Assembly: GCA_963675595.2 (NCBI GenBank) | Contig: CAXXLZ010000002.1 | Coordinates: 3,072,001-3,136,000, forward strand | Direction of reading: 5' to 3' | Length of the DNA: 64,000 nt | Source: Thermodesulfobacteriota bacterium | GTDB lineage: Bacteria; Desulfobacterota; Desulfarculia; JACQYL01 | Shown here: positions 42,416 to 51,874 of the stretch, one piece after another | Layout: each line of letters opens with the position of its first letter | Numbering within the stretch: the first letter of the stretch is position 1 | The notes under the pieces: generated by a model | Database searches by the model: none | What the model saw: the letters and a program-made list of their open reading frames with translations, nothing else | Told to the model about the DNA's origin: nothing | Translations under genes and position numbers: made by a program

Positions 42416-45400
42416 ATGAATATGCATGATGAGACAGAGTCTTCTTCCGGAATTCGTCGTCCTGCGGAACAGGAACGTTCGGACGACGCCGCCGGTTGCA
42501 GATCGGAAGCCGAGGAGCAGGATTCCAATAAGTTGATGGAAGAGCTTCGGGTTCACCAGGCTGAACTGGAAATGCAAAACGAAGAACTGCGCTGCGCCCA
42601 GGAAGCGTTGGCGAGATCGCGAGACCGGTTCTACTCGCTTTTCCACCAAGCTCCCGTGGGTTATGTGGCGCTCGATGCTTCGGGCATGATCCAGGAAGCC
42701 AACGAGGCTTTCCTTCGAATGGCTGGAGCACCGCGGGAAGCGGTAATGGGGGCTTATTTCCATTCACTTCTGGAACAATCCCATGCCTCGGTGTTCAGAG
42801 GCCGGTTCAAGGCCCTCTTGAAGAAGCCTTTAGGCAAGGAGATGGAAGTCCGCCTTTTACGGCAAGGCAAACCTCTGTGGATCAGGATCGAAGCCTCCGA
42901 CGGCCAAGCCGTGGATCATCCGGCCGGTGGTGAGCCGCCGGCGTTGCTCCTGATACTCAGCGATATTACCGAGGAGAAGCTTGCGGAAGAAGCGCGTCGA
43001 GAGGAACAACGCAGGCTTAATTTCGTCATAGAAGGTTCGGGACTAGGGACATGGGAATGGAATCTCCAAACCAATGAAACCGTATTCAATGAAACCTGGG
43101 CGGAGATCATAGGATACGCCCTGGACGAGCTGACCCCCTACAATCTTGAGACCTGGGAACGACTGACGCACCCCGAGGACCTGGCACGCGCCCGGAAAGC
43201 GCTCGCAAGCTGCATTGCGGAGGAAACGTCGGACTACGAATGCGAACTGCGCATGAGGCACAAAGCCGGTCACTGGGTATGGATCCTGGACCGCGGTCGG
43301 GTCATGACATGGGACGACCACGGCAGGCCTCTCCTCATGTTCGGCACTCACAGCGACATCACTCCGCGCAAGCTCATGGAAGAGGGGCGCGAGCGACTGT
43401 TGGAGCGTGTGACGCAGGAAAAGAGGGCGCAGGAAACTCTTTTCGAAGCCGCCAAGACCGTGCTGGAAGGCGGCGATTTCGCCTCCACCGCGCGACGTAT
43501 CTTCGATGCCGCACGGACCCTTACCGGAGCCCAATCGGGTTACGTGGCCCTGCTCAGCGACGACGGCGAGGAAAATGAACTATTGTTCCTCGAAGCGGGA
43601 GGTTTGCCCTGCTTGGTGAACCCGGATTTGCCCATGCCTATCCGGGGTCTTCGCGCCGAAGCCTACAAAACGGGAAGAGTCGTGTCGGACAACGACTTCA
43701 TGCACTCCCGGTGGGCTTCCTTTATGCCTCCCGGGCACGTCGACCTTTGGAATGTGATGTTCGCCCCCTTGAACATCGAGGGGAAGACCGTCGGCATTAT
43801 GGGTCTGGCGAACAAGCCGGAGGATTTCAACGAGGACGACGTGGTTGCGGCCCGGGCATTCGGGCAATTGGCCGCCATCGCGCTGCAGAAGAACCGAAAT
43901 CTGGAGGCCTTGCGGGTCAGTGAACAGCGATTCCGCTCCTTTGTGGAAAACGCCAATGATATCGAGTACGCCCTTTCTCCGGAAGGTCTGTTCACCTACC
44001 TGTCCCCCAACTGGATCCACTTCGTGGGGGAACCGGCGGAAGCGGCTCTCGGCAGGTCCTTCGAGCCCTACGTGCATCCGGAAGACGTTCATCTGTGCAG
44101 GGAGTTTCTGCAGGAGGTTCTTTGCTCCGGAGAAAAGCAAAGCGGCGTCGTTTATCGCGTGCAACGAAGGGACGGCACTTGGCGGTGGCACTTTTCCAAC
44201 GGTTCGCCCTTATTCGATTCCCAAGGAACATTAACCGGTTATCTGGGGATCGCCCGCGACATCACGGAGATCAGACAGGCGGAGGAAACCCTCAAGGAGC
44301 GGGAAAGATTCCTGCGGGCCGTGTTGGAGACCACGGCCGACGGTTTCTTCGTCCTGGACAACCAAGGGCGGATCACGGAAGCCAACAGCGCCTACTGCTC
44401 CATGACGGGATACCGGCACGATGAAATCGTCGGCGGACGCCTGAGGGATATCGACGCGGATGAGTCCCCCGAAGAAACGGCGGATCGAATCAAGCGTGTT
44501 GCGTCAAGGGGCTCGGAAATCTTCGAGACCCGTCATCGACGCAAAGACGGAACGGTTTTTCCCGTGGAGATTTCCACCTCTTTTGTCCCGACTCATGGGG
44601 GAAGATTCGTATGTTTCTGTCGGGACCTGACCGAGCGCAAGGAAAACGAGCGCATCCTGAGACGACACAGCCACCTGCTGGAGAATTCCCCCAACGCGGT
44701 CTACGTCTCGGACGAGCAAGGCCGACTCGTTTACGCCAATACGTCGGCGGCCCGCCAAACCGGCTTTGCTTTTTCGGAGATCGTGGGTAAACATGTCTGG
44801 GACATCGATGCCTCGTTTACCGAATCCGAATATGTCCGGTTCCTCTCGCGAATGTCCTCCATGAACCCCGTGCGATTGAAAACCAAGCATCGTCGTCGGG
44901 ATGGAAGCTCGTTTCCCGTGGAAATCTCCATTTCCAAGCTGGTGCAGGAAGGATCGAACCTGCTTTGCGGAATCGCCGTGGACATCACGGAACGGGAGGC
45001 GCGCGAGGCGTCGCTGAGGCGCACCCAGTTCACGGTGGACCACGCGCCCATCGGCGTCTTCTGGGTCTCGCCGGAGGGAGAAATCATCTACGCCAACAAC
45101 AAGGCGGCCGATAGTCTCGGGTATGCGAAAAAAGAGCTGAGGGGGATGGAGTTTGAATGCATAGACCCGAACTTTCCCCTTCCCGAGAGCGAATCTCCCT
45201 GGAAGCTTCGCGAAAGGGAGGCTCTAATGGAATTCGAATCCATTCACCGCCGGAAGGACGGCACCGTTTTCCCGGTTTACGTGCACAGCCACCGCATCAG
45301 CTTCATGGGCGAGGAAATGCATGTCGTGGAAGTGCAGGACATCACGGAACGGAAAGAGCGAGAGGAACGCATCGCCGTGCAAGGCCGAATGCTCGACGAA

Positions 45401-46891
45401 GCACCCGCGTCCATCACCATTCACGGCGTTGACGGTCGATTTTTTTATGCCAACCAGGCGAGCTGTACGCTCCACGGTTACGAGAGTGAGCAGGAATTCC
45501 TGGCCGTCAATTTGCACAAGTTGGACGTGCCCGAGAGCGAGGCTTTGCTGGCTGAGCGCTTTCGTCTCATCATGGAAGAAGGGGAGGCGCGTTTCGAAGT
45601 CTGCCATTATCGCAAAGACGGATCGAGTTTTCCTTTGGAGGTATTGGCCAGAGCGATCCAATGGGAGGGCAAGCCGGCCGTACTCAGCATCGCCTCGGAC
45701 ATTTCGGACCGCAAAGCAGCCGAAGACGAGAGGGACAGGTTGCAGACCCAACTGATCCAGGCGCAGAAAATGGAATCCGTAGGCCGCTTGGCCGGCGGAG
45801 TGGCCCACGATTTCAACAACATGCTCGGCGTCATCCTGGGCCATACGGAAATGGCGTTGGATGAGACGGGGCCTGAGGAACCGATCTTTTCCGACCTGCA
45901 GGAAATCCACAAGGCCGCTCGGCGTTCCTCGGATCTGACGCGGCAGCTCCTGGCCTTTGCACGCAAACAGGTCATCAGTCCCAGAGTCCTCGACTTGAAC
46001 GAGACCGTGGAAGGCATGCTCAAGATGCTCAGGCGGCTCATCGGCGAGGACATCGAATTGGCCTGGCTGCCGGGAGGTCGCTTATGGAAAGTCAAGATGG
46101 ATCCTTCCCAGGTGGATCAAATACTGGCCAATCTGTGCGTCAATGCCAGGGACGCCATTGCGGGGCACGGCCGGGTCACCATCGAAACCATGAATATTAC
46201 GTTGGACGAGGCGCAATATGAGGGACGGGAGGGCCTTTTGCCCGGCGAATACGTTCTTCTGAGTGTGAGCGACAACGGATGCGGCATGGATCGGAATACC
46301 CTGTCCCATCTATTTGAACCCTTTTTCACCACCAAAGGGGTCGGTCAGGGCACAGGGCTGGGACTGGCCACGATCTACGGCATCGTCAAACAGAACGGAG
46401 GATACATCGACGTCGAAAGCGAGCAGGGCAAAGGAACAAGATTCTCCATCCATCTGCCGAGACACCTATCTCAGGCGGAAGCCGACTCCCATGGAAAGAT
46501 CAAGACTGCGGTGGAGCGCGGCAGTGAAACCATTCTATTGGTGGAGGACGAGGACGCCATGCTGAAGATGGCGGAGACCATGCTGAAAAGGCTAGGATAC
46601 CGCGTTTTGGCCTGCAGGGCGGCGATCGAAGCCGAGCGACTGGCGCTGGAACACATCGGCGCAATCCATCTGCTCATGACCGACGTGATCATGCCGGAAA
46701 TGAACGGCAGGGAACTGGCCGAACGGCTGACGTCTCGGTATCCGAACCTCCGATGCCTGTTTACGTCCGGGTACACGGCGGATGTCATCGGCCACCATGG
46801 AGTGCTTAACGAAGGCGTGCACTTCATACAGAAGCCGTTCTCCAGAAAGGACCTGGCGGCCAAGGTGCGGGAAGTCTTGGACCAAAAGTGA
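42416..46891 (+). CDS. Cytoplasmic hybrid histidine kinase (coil-PAS-PAS-GAF-multi-PAS-HisKA-HATPase-REC)
   Basis: ELEMQNEELR helix, repeated DITER PAS ends, GGVAHDFNNML, NLCVNARDA, GTGLGL, LMTDVIMP. No TM segments. Confidence 0.95.
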   Translation: MNMHDETESSSGIRRPAEQERSDDAAGCRSEAEEQDSNKLMEELRVHQAELEMQNEELRCAQEALARSRDRFYSLFHQAPVGYVALDASGMIQEANEAFLRMAGAPREAVMGAYFHSLLEQSHASVFRGRFKALLKKPLGKEMEVRLLRQGKPLWIRIEASDGQAVDHPAGGEPPALLLILSDITEEKLAEEARREEQRRLNFVIEGSGLGTWEWNLQTNETVFNETWAEIIGYALDELTPYNLETWERLTHPEDLARARKALASCIAEETSDYECELRMRHKAGHWVWILDRGRVMTWDDHGRPLLMFGTHSDITPRKLMEEGRERLLERVTQEKRAQETLFEAAKTVLEGGDFASTARRIFDAARTLTGAQSGYVALLSDDGEENELLFLEAGGLPCLVNPDLPMPIRGLRAEAYKTGRVVSDNDFMHSRWASFMPPGHVDLWNVMFAPLNIEGKTVGIMGLANKPEDFNEDDVVAARAFGQLAAIALQKNRNLEALRVSEQRFRSFVENANDIEYALSPEGLFTYLSPNWIHFVGEPAEAALGRSFEPYVHPEDVHLCREFLQEVLCSGEKQSGVVYRVQRRDGTWRWHFSNGSPLFDSQGTLTGYLGIARDITEIRQAEETLKERERFLRAVLETTADGFFVLDNQGRITEANSAYCSMTGYRHDEIVGGRLRDIDADESPEETADRIKRVASRGSEIFETRHRRKDGTVFPVEISTSFVPTHGGRFVCFCRDLTERKENERILRRHSHLLENSPNAVYVSDEQGRLVYANTSAARQTGFAFSEIVGKHVWDIDASFTESEYVRFLSRMSSMNPVRLKTKHRRRDGSSFPVEISISKLVQEGSNLLCGIAVDITEREAREASLRRTQFTVDHAPIGVFWVSPEGEIIYANNKAADSLGYAKKELRGMEFECIDPNFPLPESESPWKLREREALMEFESIHRRKDGTVFPVYVHSHRISFMGEEMHVVEVQDITERKEREERIAVQGRMLDEAPASITIHGVDGRFFYANQASCTLHGYESEQEFLAVNLHKLDVPESEALLAERFRLIMEEGEARFEVCHYRKDGSSFPLEVLARAIQWEGKPAVLSIASDISDRKAAEDERDRLQTQLIQAQKMESVGRLAGGVAHDFNNMLGVILGHTEMALDETGPEEPIFSDLQEIHKAARRSSDLTRQLLAFARKQVISPRVLDLNETVEGMLKMLRRLIGEDIELAWLPGGRLWKVKMDPSQVDQILANLCVNARDAIAGHGRVTIETMNITLDEAQYEGREGLLPGEYVLLSVSDNGCGMDRNTLSHLFEPFFTTKGVGQGTGLGLATIYGIVKQNGGYIDVESEQGKGTRFSIHLPRHLSQAEADSHGKIKTAVERGSETILLVEDEDAMLKMAETMLKRLGYRVLACRAAIEAERLALEHIGAIHLLMTDVIMPEMNGRELAERLTSRYPNLRCLFTSGYTADVIGHHGVLNEGVHFIQKPFSRKDLAAKVREVLDQK

Positions 46892-47002
46892 TGAAATCGT
46901 TTGTAAGTGTGTGCGCCGATAACCAGCCGCCTTCAAAGACACCTCGCAATCCCCGATCATGTTCGGCTTTTGCTCGTAGTTGACAACAGGAGAAACAACA
47001 AG

Positions 47003-47629
47003 ATGCGTGTGCCTGCAACCCAATTTCTCGATGCTCTGCTGTCCGTTGACCGTGTGAGGGCAAGACAAGTTTTGTCGGATTTGGAAAGCCACATTACACC
47101 ATTGGAACAAATAGATGGAATTATCGTGCCTTCACTGGATCGCTTGGGGCTGATGTGGGAAAAGGGCACGGCGGCGCTATCTCAAGTATATATGGCGGGA
47201 CGGATTTGCGAGGAACTGGTGGAGGAAATGCTGCCCCCCATGAGCCCGGACCGAAAAAGCCGGCCCAGAATGGCTGTCTCGGTATTGCACGACCATCATG
47301 GTTTGGGAAAACGGATCGTCTATTCCCTTGTCCGCGCCGGTGGATATGAGATTCTGGACTATGGACGAAGAACCGTGGATGAGCTTATTGAAATGATTGA
47401 AAGAGATCACATCGAAATTCTTCTTGTGTCGGTCCTGATGCTCCCGTCCGCCTTGAAGATCAGGGAGTTGAAACAACGCCTTGCCCGGAACCTGTCTTCA
47501 CAAACGCTCATTGTGGTTGGGGGTGCGCCTTTCAGGCTCGATCCCGATTTGGCTGCGGAGGTGGGTGCGGATGCAGTGGGTCGAGACGCATCCGACATCA
47601 TGGAGATCGCCCGGAAATTGGCCGACTAA
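47003..47629 (+). CDS. Cobalamin (corrinoid)-binding protein
   Basis: N-terminal cap helix (PSLDRLGLMWEKG), DHHGLG (DxHxxG), SVL, VGGAP: the full B12 base-off motif. RBS AGGAGA before ATG 47003. Confidence 0.9.
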   Translation: MRVPATQFLDALLSVDRVRARQVLSDLESHITPLEQIDGIIVPSLDRLGLMWEKGTAALSQVYMAGRICEELVEEMLPPMSPDRKSRPRMAVSVLHDHHGLGKRIVYSLVRAGGYEILDYGRRTVDELIEMIERDHIEILLVSVLMLPSALKIRELKQRLARNLSSQTLIVVGGAPFRLDPDLAAEVGADAVGRDASDIMEIARKLAD

Positions 47630-47649
47630 TCAGCGAGGACCGTATTGAG

Positions 47650-48693
47650 ATGACGTCATTGCAGCGCTTATTGACTGCTTTGCAGCATAGAGAGCCGGAT
47701 CGTGCGCCCTATATGATGCTTGTAACCATGCACGGCGCCAAGGCGTTGGGTATGCCTATCAGAGAATATTTTTCCAAGGCGGAGCATGTGGTTGAAGGAC
47801 AACTCCTGTTACGCCGGAAGTTCCGACACGATGCGATTTACGCCTTCTTCTATGCTGCATTGGAAATCGAGCCATGGGGCGGGGAGGTGGTATTTACGGA
47901 TGACGGTCCTCCAAACTCCGGAAGGCCCTTCCTGGAGAGTCCCGGGGAGATTAGAGGACTCAAACCTCCGCGCGTGAGCGACTCCGAAAGTTTGAACAAG
48001 GTCTTGAGGGCGATTACACTGCTCAAGCAATCGGTGGGGGAGGACGCACCCATTTTCGGCGTGGTGATGAGCCCGTTTTCCCTCCCCGTGATGCAGATGG
48101 GCTTCGAGAACTACCTGAACCTGATGTATGAGGACCGGTCGTCCTTTCATCATCTTATGGAAGCCAATCAGGAATTTTGCGCATCCTGGGCAAATGCGCA
48201 ATTGGAGGCCGGAGCTGCGGGAATCGTCTATTTCGACCCTGTCTCGTCCCCTCAAATGATTCCCCGAAGCCTGTACCCGGAACTTGCTCATCCCATCGCC
48301 AAAAGAATGATCGCCGAGATCAAAGGACCCGTGGCCACGCACTTCGCTTCGGGAAGTTGTCTACCCATTCTGGAAGACGTTATCACCACAGGGACCATTG
48401 GTGTGGGGGTCAGTGCGGAAGAAGACCTGGGTTCTTTGAAATCCGTGTCTCGAGGAAAAATCACTCTCATCGGCAATCTGAACGGATTGGAAATGCGTCG
48501 TTGGACTCCTCAGGAAGCGGAGATCAAAGTGAAGAACGCTATCGCCAAGGCGGCGCGCGGCGGCGGTTTCATTCTGGCCGACAATCATGGCGAGATTCCC
48601 TATCAAGTTCCGGACGAGACACTGTCCGCCATAGCCGATGCGGTTGATAAATGGGGTCACTACCCTTTGGAGTGGGTCGCAGTTGAAAAATAG
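47650..48693 (+). CDS. UroD/MtaA-CmuA-fold protein (methylcobamide methyltransferase-like)
   Basis: MTSLQRLLTAL..REPDRAP, VMSPFSL, AQLEAGA, YFDPVSS, LIGNL, GGFIL. Lacks the HemE RQAGR motif. Confidence 0.85.
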   Translation: MTSLQRLLTALQHREPDRAPYMMLVTMHGAKALGMPIREYFSKAEHVVEGQLLLRRKFRHDAIYAFFYAALEIEPWGGEVVFTDDGPPNSGRPFLESPGEIRGLKPPRVSDSESLNKVLRAITLLKQSVGEDAPIFGVVMSPFSLPVMQMGFENYLNLMYEDRSSFHHLMEANQEFCASWANAQLEAGAAGIVYFDPVSSPQMIPRSLYPELAHPIAKRMIAEIKGPVATHFASGSCLPILEDVITTGTIGVGVSAEEDLGSLKSVSRGKITLIGNLNGLEMRRWTPQEAEIKVKNAIAKAARGGGFILADNHGEIPYQVPDETLSAIADAVDKWGHYPLEWVAVEK

Positions 48694-51600
48694 TCGGTGC
48701 GGTATCCTCATTTGCAGGAGTTTACGCCGAGAGATTGAGGCGGTCCTTGCTGCGACTGGCTTGGACGGCGTCGAAGTGCTCACCTGTCCGTGCGATTGCA
48801 GTCGTCCCAACCGGGAGAAGGGACTTTTCGACGAAATACTGCAAACCATTCCGATTCGTTTCGATCATGTGCTCACTTTGTCGACTCCTTGTGAAAAATG
48901 TACGCGGGAAGAATCAAACACTCTCGTCCGAAATCATGTGGTCGGCATGCCCTGTTTTTTCGAGTTATTTCTTCCAGGCGGACTGGTGAGCAAGTACTTG
49001 TCGGAAGGAGCCTTGTTGCTCATTCCGGGTCTGGTTGAGAATTGGACCGACAACGGCGGATGCTCGGGACTTGAGCATGCTCGCGGCCGGAAGTTCTTCG
49101 CAGGGACGATTACACGCCTGGTGCTTCTGGACACCGGTACGGAGGAACAAAGCCAAAGGCGGCTGATCGAGCTTGCCGCCGCCATGGGTCTTCCGTGGGA
49201 AATTGTGCCGGTGGGTTTGGATATGCTCCGCTTGAGAATTGAACGGCAGATTGAAGCATGGCGCCTGCAAGACCTTGAGTCGGCGGCGCGGGCGACGGCA
49301 TCCAGGGAGCAGCGCCACGACTATGCCATGATCTTTGACATGATGAGTCGTTTTGCCGGTCTCACCAGCGAGGAACAATTGATACGGTCCGTTCTTGACC
49401 TGCTTGAAGCTCTTTTCGCACCCGGACTGTTGGCCTACATGCCGTTTCATGACGGAAGGCCGGGATCGGCGCTCACGCATCCTCTCGATGCCCATTGTTC
49501 GCCCGCTTGGATCGAGCAGGCGGCGAAGCTGCATGGAAGTTACTCCTGGTCCGATTCCGGGGCCGGATTCATTGTGCGCTTGGGCAGGGAGAACGAGACC
49601 TTGGGCATCCTGCTGGTGGAGCAGCTCGCTCTGCCCGACTACCGGGAAGATTATCTTAACTTGACCTTGACGATTCTCCCCGCGCTTGTCCTGGGCGTGC
49701 TGAACTCACGGCATATCGAGCAGCTGAGGCGTTCTCAGACCATGCTTCAGGAGTCGGAACGTCTGGCATATGCTACGCTGCACTCCATCGGCGAGGGTGT
49801 GATCAGCACGGACAGTTTAGGGCGCCTGACAAATCTGAACCCTTCGGCTGTAAAACTCACGGGATGGAGCGCCGGCGAGGCGCTGGGAAGACCTGTCAAC
49901 GAAATCCTGCATATCGTCAACGCTGAAACACGAGCCGGAACGGAAGACCCGGTGGAGAGAGCGTTGAACCTGGGTCTCACCCTTGGTCCGGCCGAACACA
50001 CGTTGCTCATCACGCGGGACGGAACGGAGCGACGGATATCATACAGTTGTGCACCCATCGAAGACCTGGACGGCAATATTGTCGGGTCCGTGCTTGTCTT
50101 CCGGGATATGACTTCGGAGATTGAGACGAAGAATGCCCTCAAAGCGAGCGAGGCTCAATTTCGCCTTCTGGCTGAGAACATGGTTGATGTCATTTGGACC
50201 CTGGATACATCCGGGCGATTCACCTACGTCAGTCCCTCCGTGGAGAAGCTGCGCGGCTACACGCCTCGGGAGGTGTTGTCCCAATCCATCGCAGAGGCGC
50301 TGACCCCCGCTTCGTTCAAAAAAGTGGAGGAAGCCTTGGCCGCAGTCATGTCGCAGTTGTCGAACGGGTCAAATCCCTCCGTACTCGACTTCGGCGCCTA
50401 CCAATTGGAACAGCCCCGCAAGGATGGATCCACTGTTTGGACTGAAGCGCTGGTGCGGCCGCTTTTTGATAAGCACGGCGACTTCAGCGGTTTCTTGGGC
50501 GTCAGCCGTGATATCACCGAACGCAAACGAGTTGAAGAGGAGCGTAACAAACTCCAGGCCGACCTCGAGCAAGCTCGGAAGCTCGAAGCAGTGGGTCGTC
50601 TGGCGGGCGGTATTGCACATGATTTCAATAACATGCTCGGAGTGATACTGGGAAATACGGAGCTGGCCTTCGACCAGGCGGAACCCGGAGAACCGCTGTT
50701 TTCCGATTTGCGCGAAATTCAAAAGGCTGCCCAGCGCTCCGCGGATCTCACACGGCAACTCCTGGCCTTCGCCCGAAAGCAGACCGTTACTCCCAAGGCG
50801 CTGGATTTGAATGAAGCCTTGGAAGGCATGCTCAAGATGCTCAGGCGACTCATCGGCGAGGACATCGACTTGGCTTGGCTGCCGGGGAATCGTTTGTGGA
50901 AAGTTAAAATGGATCCGGCTCAACTGGATCAAGTCCTGGCCAATCTGTGCGTCAATGCCAGGGACGCCATTTCCGGGCCCGGCCGGATCACCATCGAAAC
51001 CATGAATATTACGTTGGACGAGGCCCGATATGAAGGACGGGCGGGCGTTTTGCCCGGCGAATACGTTCTCTTGAGTGTGAGCGACAACGGATGCGGCATG
51101 GATCGGCAGACCCTGGCCCATTTGTTTGAACCGTTTTTCACCACCAAAGGGGTCGGCCGGGGTACTGGTCTTGGATTGGCCACGATCTACGGCATCGTCA
51201 GACAGAACGGCGGATTCATCGACGTCGAGAGCAAGCCTGGCGGAGGAGCAACGTTTTCCATTTATTTTCCGAGACACGAACCTCGGGCGGAAGAATCCTC
51301 CCATGCCGAAACCGGGAGTCCGACGGAGCGCGGCAACGAGACCATTCTGCTGGTGGAGGACGAAGAAGCCATGCGGAACATGGCCAAGACCATGCTGGAA
51401 AGGCTGGGATACCGCGTCTTGCCCTGCAGAACGTCCGTGGAAGCGGAGCGATCGGCGCTGGAACACGCCGACGAAATCCATCTGCTCATGACCGACGTGG
51501 TCATGCCGGACATGAGCGGCAGGGAACTGGCCGAACGGCTGACGTCTCGCCATCCGAACATGAGAAGCCTTTTCACATCCGGGTACACGGCGGATGTCAT

Positions 51601-51727
51601 CGGTCGCCATGGGGTGCTTAACGAAGGCGTGCACTTCATACAGAAACCGTTCTCCAAAAGGGACCTGGCGGCCAAGGTGCGGGAAGCCCTTTCGGCAAGA
51701 GCCGGTACGGGCCGACGAGACGATTAA
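48683..51727 (+). CDS. Hybrid histidine kinase with an N-terminal Cys-rich DUF1638-like domain, GAF-like region, 2 PAS, HisKA, HATPase and REC
   Basis: TTG start overlapping the upstream stop; ILICRSLRREI, CPCDC, CFFELF, LLIPGLVENW, RLVLLDTG, WEIVPVGLD (DUF1638-like); AHDFNNML; C-terminal REC. Confidence 0.88.
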   Translation: MKNSRCGILICRSLRREIEAVLAATGLDGVEVLTCPCDCSRPNREKGLFDEILQTIPIRFDHVLTLSTPCEKCTREESNTLVRNHVVGMPCFFELFLPGGLVSKYLSEGALLLIPGLVENWTDNGGCSGLEHARGRKFFAGTITRLVLLDTGTEEQSQRRLIELAAAMGLPWEIVPVGLDMLRLRIERQIEAWRLQDLESAARATASREQRHDYAMIFDMMSRFAGLTSEEQLIRSVLDLLEALFAPGLLAYMPFHDGRPGSALTHPLDAHCSPAWIEQAAKLHGSYSWSDSGAGFIVRLGRENETLGILLVEQLALPDYREDYLNLTLTILPALVLGVLNSRHIEQLRRSQTMLQESERLAYATLHSIGEGVISTDSLGRLTNLNPSAVKLTGWSAGEALGRPVNEILHIVNAETRAGTEDPVERALNLGLTLGPAEHTLLITRDGTERRISYSCAPIEDLDGNIVGSVLVFRDMTSEIETKNALKASEAQFRLLAENMVDVIWTLDTSGRFTYVSPSVEKLRGYTPREVLSQSIAEALTPASFKKVEEALAAVMSQLSNGSNPSVLDFGAYQLEQPRKDGSTVWTEALVRPLFDKHGDFSGFLGVSRDITERKRVEEERNKLQADLEQARKLEAVGRLAGGIAHDFNNMLGVILGNTELAFDQAEPGEPLFSDLREIQKAAQRSADLTRQLLAFARKQTVTPKALDLNEALEGMLKMLRRLIGEDIDLAWLPGNRLWKVKMDPAQLDQVLANLCVNARDAISGPGRITIETMNITLDEARYEGRAGVLPGEYVLLSVSDNGCGMDRQTLAHLFEPFFTTKGVGRGTGLGLATIYGIVRQNGGFIDVESKPGGGATFSIYFPRHEPRAEESSHAETGSPTERGNETILLVEDEEAMRNMAKTMLERLGYRVLPCRTSVEAERSALEHADEIHLLMTDVVMPDMSGRELAERLTSRHPNMRSLFTSGYTADVIGRHGVLNEGVHFIQKPFSKRDLAAKVREALSARAGTGRRDD

Positions 51728-51874
51728 AGGTCTTGAGCAGAGTTTGAATTCCCAACAAGTGCCGTGTTGAGCGCACCAATCTTAAAAATTGCCGATGCCG
51801 AAGGCGCATGAAGCAACGAAAAACCGTGATTGCAAGCCAAGTTAGATCGCAGGTGTCACGTTGAGGATTCGATC

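Larger units (their letters stand above)
45760..51690 (+). repeat. Dispersed ~1.1 kb near-duplicate kinase core (about 45760-46880 and 50580-51690)
   Basis: Long shared DNA tracts, e.g. ACCATCGAAACCATGAATATTACGTTGGACGAGGC and GTGCTTAACGAAGGCGTGCACTTCATACAGAA. Confidence 0.85.

Noticed and set aside
47003-47629. HgcA (mercury methylase) or CarH/LitR photoreceptor
   Set aside because: No N(V/I)WCA(A/G)GK cap helix or TM region and no hgcB; no MerR-type HTH.
47650-48693. Calling this gene hemE
   Set aside because: Lacks RQAGR; the genome uses the siroheme-dependent Ahb route (ahbC/ahbD), and the neighbour is a corrinoid protein.
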